Shown here piece after piece: positions 30,345 through 40,529 of a stretch of DNA of 64,000 bases (position 1 is its first letter; the number at the start of each line of letters is the position of its first letter). Location: contig RDOA01000008.1 in NCBI GenBank assembly GCA_011364925.1, positions 40,744-104,743 of the forward strand. Direction: 5' to 3'. The DNA comes from Promethearchaeota archaeon. Its GTDB lineage: Archaea > Asgardarchaeota > Lokiarchaeia > Sigyniarchaeales > SOKP01. Made by a program: the position numbers and the translations under genes. The notes below the pieces were generated by a model. That model ran no database searches and was not told where the DNA came from. It saw only the letters and a program-made list of their open reading frames with translations.

Positions 30345-30429
30345 GCAGGAGTCGCCAAGCCTGGTCAAAGGTGCTAGACCGAGGCTCTAGTCTCATAGGA
30401 GTTCGAGGGTTCAAATCCCTCCTCCTGCA
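30345..30429 (+). tRNA. tRNA-Leu(GAG), long variable arm, C at position 33
   Basis: GCAGGAG/CTCCTGC acceptor, discriminator A; CTAGA-CCGAGGC-TCTAG anticodon arm; GAGGG-TTCAAAT-CCCTC T-arm. Confidence 0.92.
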
Positions 30430-30584
30430 CTTTTCCGAATATACGATCTTCTTGGAAAGGTAATTATGAAAGAAAATTAAAATTTAACGCATATATAAAA
30501 AGCTGATGTGTATTAAGAAATTTTTAAGCACATCTTTAAGCTTAGAATTAAACCCTTTAAATATCACGATCAATTATGTAAGAT

Positions 30585-33500
30585 TCAAAAGAAACTAGAC
30601 AATTTTTGTTGCTTTATTCTAGGATTATTTGTGAGACTTTCTACATATTCTTCAATTAGTTCCATTCTTTGAAGCGTATAATTATCTAACTTAAAGTCTT
30701 TACATAGTTTTAAAGCTCTAGGAATGTATTTTTCTATACCTCCTCGATTAACAGTCAATATAATTTTATTTCCACATTTCGGACACTTTCCTGCGTTTGA
30801 AATTGGTGGACGAGTGAATTTTTCATTACATTTTATACACCGAAAATTCTGCACAGCAAATTTTCTTAAATTTCCTAGGATATCCGGATTAAAGTGAGTA
30901 GCTAAAATTTTTTCAGCGACTTTCTTCTCGTTCACAGCTTTGATAATTTTCGCAAGGTACAATTGAGCTTCGATTTTTTCTTCCATAGTGGTATAAGTTT
31001 TATACGCCGTAGTTATCGGACCCTCGTTGATATTTCTGGTCGGCATATTAAAGCCAAGATTTATATATTGCTCTGGAGTTCCTAAGCGCTTTTTTACAAG
31101 CTTCATGTAATCTTCAATTTCAACGGGCATAACATATTTCTGAGTCGCTCGATAAAATTCTAAGGGGTATTTATAGAGGGTGTCAATGTTATGTGCTTCG
31201 CTATCTATTTCATTTGGATCTAGTACGGAAGAAATTACGAGTGTTGCGTCCATTCTACCTCCTATTTTACTCGGTAGATAGTATCTAGAAAAATTTAATA
31301 GCGGATCTAACAGAAGCATTATCCCATCCTCATCCCCATCGCAGTTTCTTCGCTTAGCAGCGTGCCAAAATGGGTGAGCGTATATTGATCGAGCGGGTGT
31401 AAAACCAATGATCCTTCCCACAATACCAGCACTTGTATGTGGTGCTAATCCAACGACCAAATGACCTATCAATCCGTTCCTTTCTGTGATATGGTAAAAT
31501 CTATCCATTTTATAGAAGAATTCTAACTCATCATCTATGAACTTAGCAATCTTCACGAAATAATCTGCACAATCATCAGATAAAATGACATCTTGCACTT
31601 GTAGTTCTATTATTTGATCTTGATTGGTTAAATCATTATTCTTATAATCCTTTTTGTATCCTAGTTCGTGTAATCTACTTATAGAGGTTGTGATTTCTTG
31701 TGGTTTAAAGTGAGTTAATGGGATATCGGTGGCATCGTAACGTATTTCAGCAGTTTTATAAACCATCAATCCGTTTTTAGCTCTTAACATTCCCTTGGCG
31801 ATTGGTTCTGGAACTTTAAACTTATTTGTTAAACCAAGAATCCCTTTAAACTTGTTTGGTAATGTTATGTTGAGTGAACTTGAAATTGTCTTAATATAAT
31901 TTTTGATGTTGAAAGACGCTTCTTTGGAGTATTGTAATATTTCTCCGCATTGATGGCATTTTTCTTCGTTTTTAGGATAATATTTATTGCATTTTTGACA
32001 TATCTTCTGAAACTCTGTATGTGTTCCACAATTGGGGCAAGTATTAAAGGGTGTAATTGTTTTACATTTAGGACATTTTTTTCTGCAAATATCAATTTTC
32101 ACCTTTCCGATTTCTGCAGCTTTCCCTACAGATCGAGTATTCCCCACTTTATCGCTAAGTGGAAATAAACTTTGAACACCTTTCATGCTTTTTCGCTCAG
32201 ATTTCTCAGGACGCCCCATGCGAGTACCCATATAATATGGAGCCTTATTCCTAATTTCTATAGGTGAAAACATTGAAAATAAAGTAAAAACATCACTGTT
32301 TTCGGGCAATTTATTAGCTTTTTCTCGTTTTAAATCAAATATGGATGTGAAGATTGTAGTTCTAGAATCATCTAATAAGATATTATCATCACTAATTGTA
32401 TGGGAAATAAACGCTTTTTCTAAAACCTCCTTCAATTCTTGAGTTACCTTTAAACCTATTTTATGACTTTCCTCACTATACGCTGAAACCATAGCTTCTC
32501 TTAACAGAATTAGTTCTTTTCCAGTGAGATTTCCCCAAAAATCAGTATATTCAGGATGGAGAGGGATACTATACTCCTTTGCGATACGGATTGCCTCTGT
32601 AGGTGAAGGTATGTTATTAAATGGATCCTGAATGTATTTTATCAACTCTAAATTTGTCTTTTGCTTGATATTTATAGCTTCCTCTAATTCCAAAGCCCAC
32701 CATTCTTCAACATAACCTGAAGGGACTAATCTATGATTATTTTCAGAAAATTCACCGAACCCAAAAAGAATATCGCCCAAAAACAAAACTTTTTCTATGT
32801 TTTGAAAGCATTCCTTTGCCATTTTCAAGTTCGTAATTTTTGTTATAGTCCCATCTTTCAGCTTTACGATTGGGGGTTCGATTGAGCTGACTGGACAGAT
32901 ACTAGTGCTTTTTCCTGGTCTTTCAATTCTTAATTGAGTTCCAATTGCAATAAAATTGTCTAAAAGTGTCATTGTTGCGGGATGTAAACCGGCTGCAGCT
33001 AGTCCCGTGTTTCGGGATCTACCATATCGAATTCTATGACCTCCTATCTCAGAGGGATGGCTAAAAACTGGTCTCCCAGCGATGATATCCGCAACATACT
33101 TAGAATTTGGTGAAATGAACGACTTTTTTGCTATACTAGAAATATCTGTATTAGTTTTCTTTTCGCCCTTCTGTGCGATGTCTTTTAGCTTTTTAAGCCA
33201 ATCCCAACCTTCTAAGTTCATACTTTTAGCAATCTTCAGTAATTTTGGAGCTTTAAGGAGAATTCCATCATTTAAAACAAGGCAAGCGCCACCTCTTATC
33301 TTATTCGTTTCAATTCTTGGAAGATTTCTAAACGCAGAAACTTCTTCATCTTCTGTGGAATCTCCATTAATTTCTACAGGTAAGTGTTCTACAGCAAATC
33401 GGATCTCGTCATTTGAAGAGGGATATTGTAAATGAACTCGTCTATCATAAAGTTTAACCTCTTCGACATACCTCCCGATTTCACCCTCAGTTGCGTTATA

Positions 33501-34019
33501 TTTAGGTATATTCGATTTTTTTCTTACATAATCTGCAATTAAAATGCACAAAGCTGCTGTTGTTCCTCCTGCAGCCCTAATAGGACCTGCAAAATATAGG
33601 GATAAGTATTTATTACGGTGCTGATCCTCTCGTATTAATATTTTAGATATTCCTTCTAGCGGGGCACTAACAACACCCATTGTTTTAATAGCAAGCCCAA
33701 CTCGTATTGATCTTTCAACTCTTTCTTCAATGGATTCAATATTTCCAATATTCTTGCTAAGAATTTCAGAAACAACTTTAAATACTATCTCATCTTCAGA
33801 TTTCCCTTGGCTTTTTAGTTTTCTAATTATATCAGCTACTCCTTTAGGGCCTACTAATTTTTCAACTCTCCCAGCTAAATCTTTTGCTTGAGGTGATTCA
33901 ACGAAGACTTCAGGATCTAACCCTTTTTGACGAGCTTTTTCAGCAATTTCATAGCACTCATCTACATTTTCCTGTAAATTAGAAAAATATGCTGCTGTAT
34001 CTTTACTCATTTCTACCAT
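30585..34019 (-). CDS. polC: DNA polymerase D large subunit DP2
   Basis: YFAGPIRAAGGT, RYGRSRNTG, RMGRPEKS, HAAKRRNCDGDED, Zn fingers, C-terminal PIP-like QQKLSSFF. Confidence 0.98.
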   Translation of the reverse strand: MVEMSKDTAAYFSNLQENVDECYEIAEKARQKGLDPEVFVESPQAKDLAGRVEKLVGPKGVADIIRKLKSQGKSEDEIVFKVVSEILSKNIGNIESIEERVERSIRVGLAIKTMGVVSAPLEGISKILIREDQHRNKYLSLYFAGPIRAAGGTTAALCILIADYVRKKSNIPKYNATEGEIGRYVEEVKLYDRRVHLQYPSSNDEIRFAVEHLPVEINGDSTEDEEVSAFRNLPRIETNKIRGGACLVLNDGILLKAPKLLKIAKSMNLEGWDWLKKLKDIAQKGEKKTNTDISSIAKKSFISPNSKYVADIIAGRPVFSHPSEIGGHRIRYGRSRNTGLAAAGLHPATMTLLDNFIAIGTQLRIERPGKSTSICPVSSIEPPIVKLKDGTITKITNLKMAKECFQNIEKVLFLGDILFGFGEFSENNHRLVPSGYVEEWWALELEEAINIKQKTNLELIKYIQDPFNNIPSPTEAIRIAKEYSIPLHPEYTDFWGNLTGKELILLREAMVSAYSEESHKIGLKVTQELKEVLEKAFISHTISDDNILLDDSRTTIFTSIFDLKREKANKLPENSDVFTLFSMFSPIEIRNKAPYYMGTRMGRPEKSERKSMKGVQSLFPLSDKVGNTRSVGKAAEIGKVKIDICRKKCPKCKTITPFNTCPNCGTHTEFQKICQKCNKYYPKNEEKCHQCGEILQYSKEASFNIKNYIKTISSSLNITLPNKFKGILGLTNKFKVPEPIAKGMLRAKNGLMVYKTAEIRYDATDIPLTHFKPQEITTSISRLHELGYKKDYKNNDLTNQDQIIELQVQDVILSDDCADYFVKIAKFIDDELEFFYKMDRFYHITERNGLIGHLVVGLAPHTSAGIVGRIIGFTPARSIYAHPFWHAAKRRNCDGDEDGIMLLLDPLLNFSRYYLPSKIGGRMDATLVISSVLDPNEIDSEAHNIDTLYKYPLEFYRATQKYVMPVEIEDYMKLVKKRLGTPEQYINLGFNMPTRNINEGPITTAYKTYTTMEEKIEAQLYLAKIIKAVNEKKVAEKILATHFNPDILGNLRKFAVQNFRCIKCNEKFTRPPISNAGKCPKCGNKIILTVNRGGIEKYIPRALKLCKDFKLDNYTLQRMELIEEYVESLTNNPRIKQQKLSSFF

Positions 34020-34217
34020 ACTAAACGCACTTTAAAGCAGTTAAAAAACTTTTAATATTGAAAATTAGACACATATTTTTAAATTCTAACTTTTTAGATA
34101 AAATATTTTATTAATAGGTTAGTTGAATATTATTCCGTATAATAATTTGAGGAGATTTACAGTTTATAGTGAAAGTATGAGATTTGATACGCACTCCTAT
34201 TACTTAAAAAAATTTGT

Positions 34218-36053
34218 TTGTTCTTTAATAATAAACAATTTAACTGTAATTTTCATAAAAATATTAATTCTACACTGGACAAGATTGATTTGAAGAACGA
34301 GATATTCGAGCAGAAGCAAATCATATTAAAGAAATTAGTTAATTCTGGAATTAATATTAGTCCTAAAATGTTAGAGTGTGTGTTAAACCTCAAAAATCCA
34401 ATAAAAAGTATAAACACGCTTATTAAGGAAACTAGTTTTATTCCTTCATTTAAAAGCCATTTAACAGAAACGATTGTCAACGAATTATCAAACGAAGAAT
34501 TACGAAAAACACTAAAGCGAGCTCTATCTAAATCGCTTCCTATTCATTTAAAGGAAGAAACTGAAAACGATGTCAAGAAGACTCTCAACATATTAAATGT
34601 GAAAAATATCAATAACGATATTGAACCTTTGATTAACCAGCAACTAATAGAACCTAATGAACTTGATGAAATGAGTAAAGCGACGGCTAATTTCTCAACC
34701 GTTCTAACACCAAATACGAAAAAAAATACAGAGCCATTCCATGGAACAACTAAATCAGTCTTTGCATTTAAACCTCGAGCGAAAGATTACGATTCTCAAT
34801 TTGAGATAATAAGTGACCCAACTGGGAAATTATATACCAACGGTGAATATGAAGATTTTTATCAATTGACCGTCGATAAATACAACAAGCTTAGAAATCT
34901 CATGAAAAAAAGACCAGAAGCGAGAGCTGCTACGAATATTAATAATATCTATAGATTATCAAATAATGTGGAAATCTCTACAATCGGGTTAGTAGAAAAT
35001 ATACATCATACGAAAAAAGGGAATGTTATATTCACTATAGAGGATTTAACGGGTAAGATTAGTGTCCTCATACAAAATAATTCCAATAACTTAGAAATTC
35101 TTAATATAATGGAGAGAACTTTTCGCGACCAGATGATTTTTGTCAGAGGCTCGTACAATCCTGGAGAAGGTGGAAGAAAAGGAATAATATTTGCAAATTA
35201 CATTTCTAAAATTGACATACCAACAGACTTTAAACCAAATGTTTCTCCTGATCCCTTATCTATTGCATTAATCTCTGACACTCACATAGGTAGTAAAGAA
35301 TTTGAGGAAGATTTGTTTAAGAAATTCCTTAATTTTTTGAATGGAAAAAGCAATAATAAGGTTTTAAGGGAACACGCAGCTAGAATTAAATACATCGTTA
35401 TAAATGGTGATTTAATTGATGGTATAGGTATCTATCCAAGACAGAATGAAGATTTAATTCTATCTAATATTTTTGACCAATTTAATAAAGCCTCAGAATT
35501 ATTGTCAGAAATTCCAGAATACATTAAAGTTTTTTATATATCGGGTAATCATGAACCTGTTAGAAATGCTATCCCTCGGCCTGCTGTACCTAGTAAATAT
35601 TGTGAAGAATTAATTAATCTTGGGATAGTTTGCTTGGGTAATCCTTCTCTTATTAAAACTCATAATGTTAATACACTGATATACCATGGAGAGAGCATGC
35701 ACGATTTAAATAGATTAATACACGATTTAGATATTAATAAACCCACTGAAACTATGAAAGAATTCCTCATATGTAGGCATCTAGCTCCTGTGTTTGGCGA
35801 GAAAACACAATTAGCACCTATCAATAATGATCTACTTGTATTGAATAAAATTCCAGATATTTTTCACACAGGACATATTCACATTAATGGAATTGGAAAA
35901 TATAGAAACGTAACGCTTATTAATTCTGGGTGTTTTCAAGCGCAAACAGATTTTATGAGGAGTTTTGGAATAATTCCAACACCAGGTATTGTACCTATAG
36001 TTGAACTTGACACATTAAACTATTTCCAATTAGACTTTAATAAGTTTAATTAA
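34218..36053 (+). CDS. polB: DNA polymerase D small subunit DP1 (true start may be slightly downstream)
   Basis: OB fold (EDLTG) + phosphoesterase motifs SDTHIGS, GDLIDG, GNHE, YHG, HTGHIH. Confidence 0.95.
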   Translation: MFFNNKQFNCNFHKNINSTLDKIDLKNEIFEQKQIILKKLVNSGINISPKMLECVLNLKNPIKSINTLIKETSFIPSFKSHLTETIVNELSNEELRKTLKRALSKSLPIHLKEETENDVKKTLNILNVKNINNDIEPLINQQLIEPNELDEMSKATANFSTVLTPNTKKNTEPFHGTTKSVFAFKPRAKDYDSQFEIISDPTGKLYTNGEYEDFYQLTVDKYNKLRNLMKKRPEARAATNINNIYRLSNNVEISTIGLVENIHHTKKGNVIFTIEDLTGKISVLIQNNSNNLEILNIMERTFRDQMIFVRGSYNPGEGGRKGIIFANYISKIDIPTDFKPNVSPDPLSIALISDTHIGSKEFEEDLFKKFLNFLNGKSNNKVLREHAARIKYIVINGDLIDGIGIYPRQNEDLILSNIFDQFNKASELLSEIPEYIKVFYISGNHEPVRNAIPRPAVPSKYCEELINLGIVCLGNPSLIKTHNVNTLIYHGESMHDLNRLIHDLDINKPTETMKEFLICRHLAPVFGEKTQLAPINNDLLVLNKIPDIFHTGHIHINGIGKYRNVTLINSGCFQAQTDFMRSFGIIPTPGIVPIVELDTLNYFQLDFNKFN

Positions 36054-36123
36054 GGTTAGTGACCAAAAGCACAATAGGTGTATTAAAATAAGTTTTACAG
36101 TACCTCGTAATAATCTTTCAGAA

Positions 36124-36771
36124 ATGATTTTATACATCTGGAAAATTATTGATTTACCATACATATCTACAGATGACTTAATATATAGACTTTCCTTCGA
36201 AATGTTTCTCTTTTCACCTCATGAAGCTCAATTGTTTGTTAAAAAAGCAATCCAAAAAGGTACATTGACTGTAGATGATAATCACAGGCTAAGTTTGTCA
36301 GACGCTTTAGTTCTTGAATTAGAAAATTGGCATAGAAAAAGGGAGGAAGAAATTTTAAAAAATATCAAATCTACTGCGAGTATAAACAACAAAATCGAAA
36401 GCTTTAAGAAAGATAGTCTGAAAAAGTTTAACATTCTATTAAAAGCGTTTTTGGACACAGGTACAATTAATAGAGCAGTATTAGTATCTGACAGTTCTAT
36501 TCTTCTCACTAAATTCGATCCTCAAAATGGATTGCTTAAAGCTGAGATTAAAGGTTCTCGGGACACTCCTTACATTATTGAAATTTCTACTACTGAAAAG
36601 ATTGTTAAACACGATTGTCATGATTTTCAAACTAAAAGAGCTCAAGATAAAAAATTTTGTAAACACTTAACTAAATTATTTCTTCTACTAAAAGAAAAAG
36701 ACGAAAAGGAAGCAACAACAATCCTTGAAAAAATGTCCAAGGAAATTAATAAATGGTCTTTTGAGAGTTAA
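36124..36771 (+). CDS. DUF2240-like N-terminus plus SWIM zinc finger protein (possible ATA start at 36088)
   Basis: HDCHDF...KFCKHL SWIM motif; N-terminal winged-helix-like segment. Confidence 0.75.
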   Translation: MILYIWKIIDLPYISTDDLIYRLSFEMFLFSPHEAQLFVKKAIQKGTLTVDDNHRLSLSDALVLELENWHRKREEEILKNIKSTASINNKIESFKKDSLKKFNILLKAFLDTGTINRAVLVSDSSILLTKFDPQNGLLKAEIKGSRDTPYIIEISTTEKIVKHDCHDFQTKRAQDKKFCKHLTKLFLLLKEKDEKEATTILEKMSKEINKWSFES

Positions 36772-38090
36772 ATTAATCTTCTAAAGACTATATTCTTTAA
36801 TTTAACTTTATCAGTTTGGAGTACAATAGGTTTATAATCTAACAACTTGTAATTATGAATTTTTTTAATTTGAGATAATACTCGTTGTACTAATCCAACT
36901 TCAATATCAAGTTTTATGATTTTTGTGCGCCCATAATGTCCTAATGATCTCGTATTTGCAGAAATTAATCCTGATAAGGTTAATTCGTTGATATAATCGC
37001 TAATCCTTCTACGCGTTAATTGTTTCAAACCTGGAATTTTATTTGAGAATTCTGAGTGGACTTCATAAATATCTCCTGAAGTAATTACATGTTCTTTTGC
37101 GAATTTTGATAATAAATATATTGCAGTTAAAGTTAATTGGGCTTGTAAAGGCATTGAAAGTATGTATTCTACAATGTGATCTTTGTCTATGTCCTTTTGG
37201 GCTTTTATTACATGGCTTTCCATGATTTTTTTGTTTTGATTTTTCTCAGCTAATTCTCCTGCTTTTCTAAGTAATTGAAGTGCCTTTCGTGCATCACCAT
37301 GTTCCTTAGCAGCGAGACCAGCGCATAATTTAACTACACCATTATCAATTACACCTTCATTAAATGCAATTTCTGATCTCTGTTTTAGAATGTCCGCTAA
37401 CTGATTCGCATCATATGGGTGAAATACTATTGGTTCTTCTTCTTCTAGATTAGAAGTAACTCTGGCGTCTAAGTATTCCATAAATTTTAGTTTATTAGAT
37501 ATACCAATCACACTTGTTCTACAGAAATCTAAATTTTCATTTAGCCTTGTTAGATTGTATAAAATTTCATTTCCTCCATTTTTTTCTATTAAAATATCAA
37601 TTTCATCTAACACAAGAAAACAAACGCTATTCTTTATTAATTGATCCAACAATCCAAGTAATTTTTTCAAGATTATGTCTTTCGGCAAACCAGTTGCTGG
37701 TATTTTCTCTTTTCCAATAATAGTGTTATAGATATGAGCTAAAATTCGATACGGGGTCGATACTACAGTACAATTGATATATACCCACCAAGGAGGATTA
37801 TTAGAGCAATGTTGAGCTAGTTTCTGTGAAATATACCGGACAGTTGCAGTTTTACCTGTACCTGTCATTCCATAGCATAAGAAATTGGGAGGAACATCTC
37901 CTTTTAACGCACACGCAGTTATACCAGCTATTTTTTCAATCTCAGAATCTCGGTGAGGTAATTCATCAGGAATAAATGTTGGCTCAAGAGCCTCTCTTTT
38001 TTTAAAAAGCTTTGGACCTGTCAAATAATTTTGATAAAATTTATCAATGTTAAAAGAGTACATATCTTTATTATCTTTGTTCGTCAACAC
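36768..38090 (-). CDS. cdc6: Orc1/Cdc6 replication initiator
   Basis: PDELPHRD, YGMTGTGKT, LVLDEID, HGDARKAL, C-terminal winged helix (GRT). Confidence 0.96.
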   Translation of the reverse strand: MLTNKDNKDMYSFNIDKFYQNYLTGPKLFKKREALEPTFIPDELPHRDSEIEKIAGITACALKGDVPPNFLCYGMTGTGKTATVRYISQKLAQHCSNNPPWWVYINCTVVSTPYRILAHIYNTIIGKEKIPATGLPKDIILKKLLGLLDQLIKNSVCFLVLDEIDILIEKNGGNEILYNLTRLNENLDFCRTSVIGISNKLKFMEYLDARVTSNLEEEEPIVFHPYDANQLADILKQRSEIAFNEGVIDNGVVKLCAGLAAKEHGDARKALQLLRKAGELAEKNQNKKIMESHVIKAQKDIDKDHIVEYILSMPLQAQLTLTAIYLLSKFAKEHVITSGDIYEVHSEFSNKIPGLKQLTRRRISDYINELTLSGLISANTRSLGHYGRTKIIKLDIEVGLVQRVLSQIKKIHNYKLLDYKPIVLQTDKVKLKNIVFRRLI

Positions 38091-38110
38091 TTAATCCCAC
38101 CGTGTGTAAT

Positions 38111-38128
38111 GTTTCCACTCGAAATGAG
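38111..38128. promoter_or_regulatory. ORB/mini-ORB-like Orc1 binding element upstream of cdc6
   Basis: GTTTCCACTCGAAATGAG resembles the TTCCAxTxGAAA ORB core, about 20 bp from cdc6 start, next to an AT-rich intergenic region. Confidence 0.5.
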
Positions 38129-38397
38129 TTCTAAACTAATATTTCGATTCCACAATATTTAAACTTATTTATTAATCGAAAAACTAATGATTCATGTTAA
38201 AGGTTTAATATAGAACTCTCATGTTTTGTAATTTGCTGCGATTAGATCGATAATTTATAATATTATTGTCGGAACTTTAAAAGATAATTATTTAGGAAGC
38301 AATATTATTAAGGGTTTAGTAGAACAAAATATATTTGCCAAAATTTAATTTCAATTAAAAATTATCCCATCTAATCTCAATAGTTATAGAAACTATT

Positions 38398-39171
38398 ATG
38401 ACTTCACTTAATAATAAGGGAGATATTAAAAGAAAGGATATTAAACTCGCGATATTTTTAACGATTTTCTTTATATGTCTACTCTTTTTTAATTTTCTAA
38501 TTATTTCAATTTTATTTACTTGGGCAGATTGGCTAGCGACTCTTATTTTTAGCGTCCTTTTTATAGTTCCTGCATATTTTTCAAACGCAGGAATGGTTAT
38601 TGTAGGTGGGGGAAAACCTTTAGATAATGGGAAAATTTGGAGAGACGGGCGTAGAATATTTGGAGATCATAAAACAATCTCTGGACTCATTAAAGGTCCG
38701 CTATACATAGGTATTCCTTTGAGTTGTGCGTTATATTTATTATTTTTATTGTTATGGCCTGTAATACAACAGATACCAATAGATGGAGTTTCACATGGAT
38801 TCTATCGACTATATTCTGATATATTTTATTATAAATACTATTTTATTGGTGGAACATTTCCAATCGGAATCTTAATGATTGTCTTTAGAATAGTATTTAG
38901 CTCATATGGAGCTGCATTAGGCGATTTAGGGGGTTCATTTTTAAAAAGAAGATTTAACATTCAAAGTGGAGCCCCTTTTTGGGTCATAGATCAATTAGAT
39001 TTTGCTATAGGTGCTATTATATTTGCTTTAATCCCTGCAATTTTTTTTCCAGGATACTACATGGTTCCTGATATCAATATTATCGTATTTCTTCTAATAT
39101 TAACTCCTTCTGTAAGTCTTATAGCTAACACAATCGCGTATCTCATCGGCTTAAAAGAAGTTCCTTGGTAA
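38398..39171 (+). CDS. carS: CDP-archaeol synthase
   Basis: PAYFSNA, GGGKPLD, DGRRIFGDHKT, GDLGGSFLKRR, DQLDF. Confidence 0.93.
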   Translation: MTSLNNKGDIKRKDIKLAIFLTIFFICLLFFNFLIISILFTWADWLATLIFSVLFIVPAYFSNAGMVIVGGGKPLDNGKIWRDGRRIFGDHKTISGLIKGPLYIGIPLSCALYLLFLLLWPVIQQIPIDGVSHGFYRLYSDIFYYKYYFIGGTFPIGILMIVFRIVFSSYGAALGDLGGSFLKRRFNIQSGAPFWVIDQLDFAIGAIIFALIPAIFFPGYYMVPDINIIVFLLILTPSVSLIANTIAYLIGLKEVPW

Positions 39172-39177
39172 GTTTTT

Positions 39178-39693
39178 TCATAAACTTACAACTTCACACT
39201 TTATTTTTACTTGAAATCCATGGTAATCTGAAAATTTTATGTAATCATCGAAAATAGTATTAATAGCTTTTATATAATCACCATTGCAACCTATGGCAAT
39301 TCCTCGTTCTTCGTAGGAGAGAAACCCGACCACAATCATTATCTGTCCTAAACTATTATTTCTTTCTATCCTTATTGTATGAATATAGGGATCTGGGAAA
39401 AAACCAAACACTAAATTTAGTAAAACATTTTCTTCTCGAACAATTACAATTCTTAGATTCTGGAATTTTTTTCGTAAATACGACAGTTTTGAATACGCTT
39501 CGAAATAGTGTTCATTATCCAAGAAGAAAAATACGATATCTTTGATAATAATAACATTTTTAGGAAAAACTTTCGTTGAATCGTAAAAAAAGTGAAAGAG
39601 CAAAAGTTCTCTATTAGAGAATTTCTTTTTTACTGTTAGTTTTTGATAAAACAACAAATTATCAATGAATGAGTTTTGAATTGTACTCAACAT
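39178..39693 (-). CDS. Divergent archaeal NusA-like KH-domain protein
   Basis: ERGIAIGCNGDYIKAIN KH GxxG loop; first KH degenerate. Confidence 0.6.
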   Translation of the reverse strand: MLSTIQNSFIDNLLFYQKLTVKKKFSNRELLLFHFFYDSTKVFPKNVIIIKDIVFFFLDNEHYFEAYSKLSYLRKKFQNLRIVIVREENVLLNLVFGFFPDPYIHTIRIERNNSLGQIMIVVGFLSYEERGIAIGCNGDYIKAINTIFDDYIKFSDYHGFQVKIKCEVVSL

Positions 39694-39812
39694 ATAATTA
39701 AAATTACAATACTGCTTTTATAAACTCCTAAGAAATTTTAAATAAACAACAAAAGATTTAATTTCAAACGCGATTATTTATAATAATTTTTAACTGAAAA
39801 CAGAGGATTTAA

Positions 39813-40250
39813 ATGAAAAGAGCTGGATTTGAGTTTCGAGAACATACGGCGGATGTTCAAGTGAGAAGTTGGGGTCCAACCTTAGAAGAAGCATTTTCCC
39901 AAACCGCTTATAGTTTAATGGAAACTATTACTCCCAATTTAAGAAAAATAACTCCTAAAATTGAAAAAAGAATTACTATCGAAGCCGAAGATAAAGAGGC
40001 TTTATTATTTGATTTTCTCTCTGAATTTTTGTACATCTTTGATGTAGAAGAGCTTGTTTTTAGTTATATTCTTGTTGAAAAAATCGAAAGATCAAAAGAT
40101 TTTTATAAACTCCAAGCGATTCTTAAAGGGGAAAAATTCGATTCAAAGAAGCATGAGATTGGAATTGAGGTTAAAGCTATAACTTATTCTTTCTTAAATA
40201 TAGAAGAAAGACACGATTGTATAATTATTGATATAGTATATGATATTTGA
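39813..40250 (+). CDS. Archease
   Basis: EHTADV, LLFDFLSEFLY, EVKAITY, YDI. Confidence 0.95.
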   Translation: MKRAGFEFREHTADVQVRSWGPTLEEAFSQTAYSLMETITPNLRKITPKIEKRITIEAEDKEALLFDFLSEFLYIFDVEELVFSYILVEKIERSKDFYKLQAILKGEKFDSKKHEIGIEVKAITYSFLNIEERHDCIIIDIVYDI

Positions 40251-40529
40251 CCATAAAAATAACTATGAACATTTTTATTGGGGAAGATAATAATAATCTT
40301 TAATTTGGTTGAGTTTAAATAAGCTTTTTGAAAATAATATCTTAGCAAAGTTGAGTTGTGAATGCTTTTACCATCAATTAAATTTGAAATAATATAATTA
40401 AAGACAAAGGGGATTAAAAATACCGGGAAATAGTGGTATAACACCTTAAGCATAAAACTACTTAATGTAGTTATAATTTTATTTTCATTTTTTATAAATT
40501 TGCAAAAGAAAAATACCTATATTAAAGCT

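Noticed and set aside
28983-30429. Integrated element between tRNA-Thr and tRNA-Leu
   Set aside because: No integrase and no duplicated tRNA 3' end; the cargo is a typical Asgard GTPase
40184-40453. 89-aa ORF between archease and rtcB
   Set aside because: Overlaps archease antisense, low-complexity AT-rich composition, no motif
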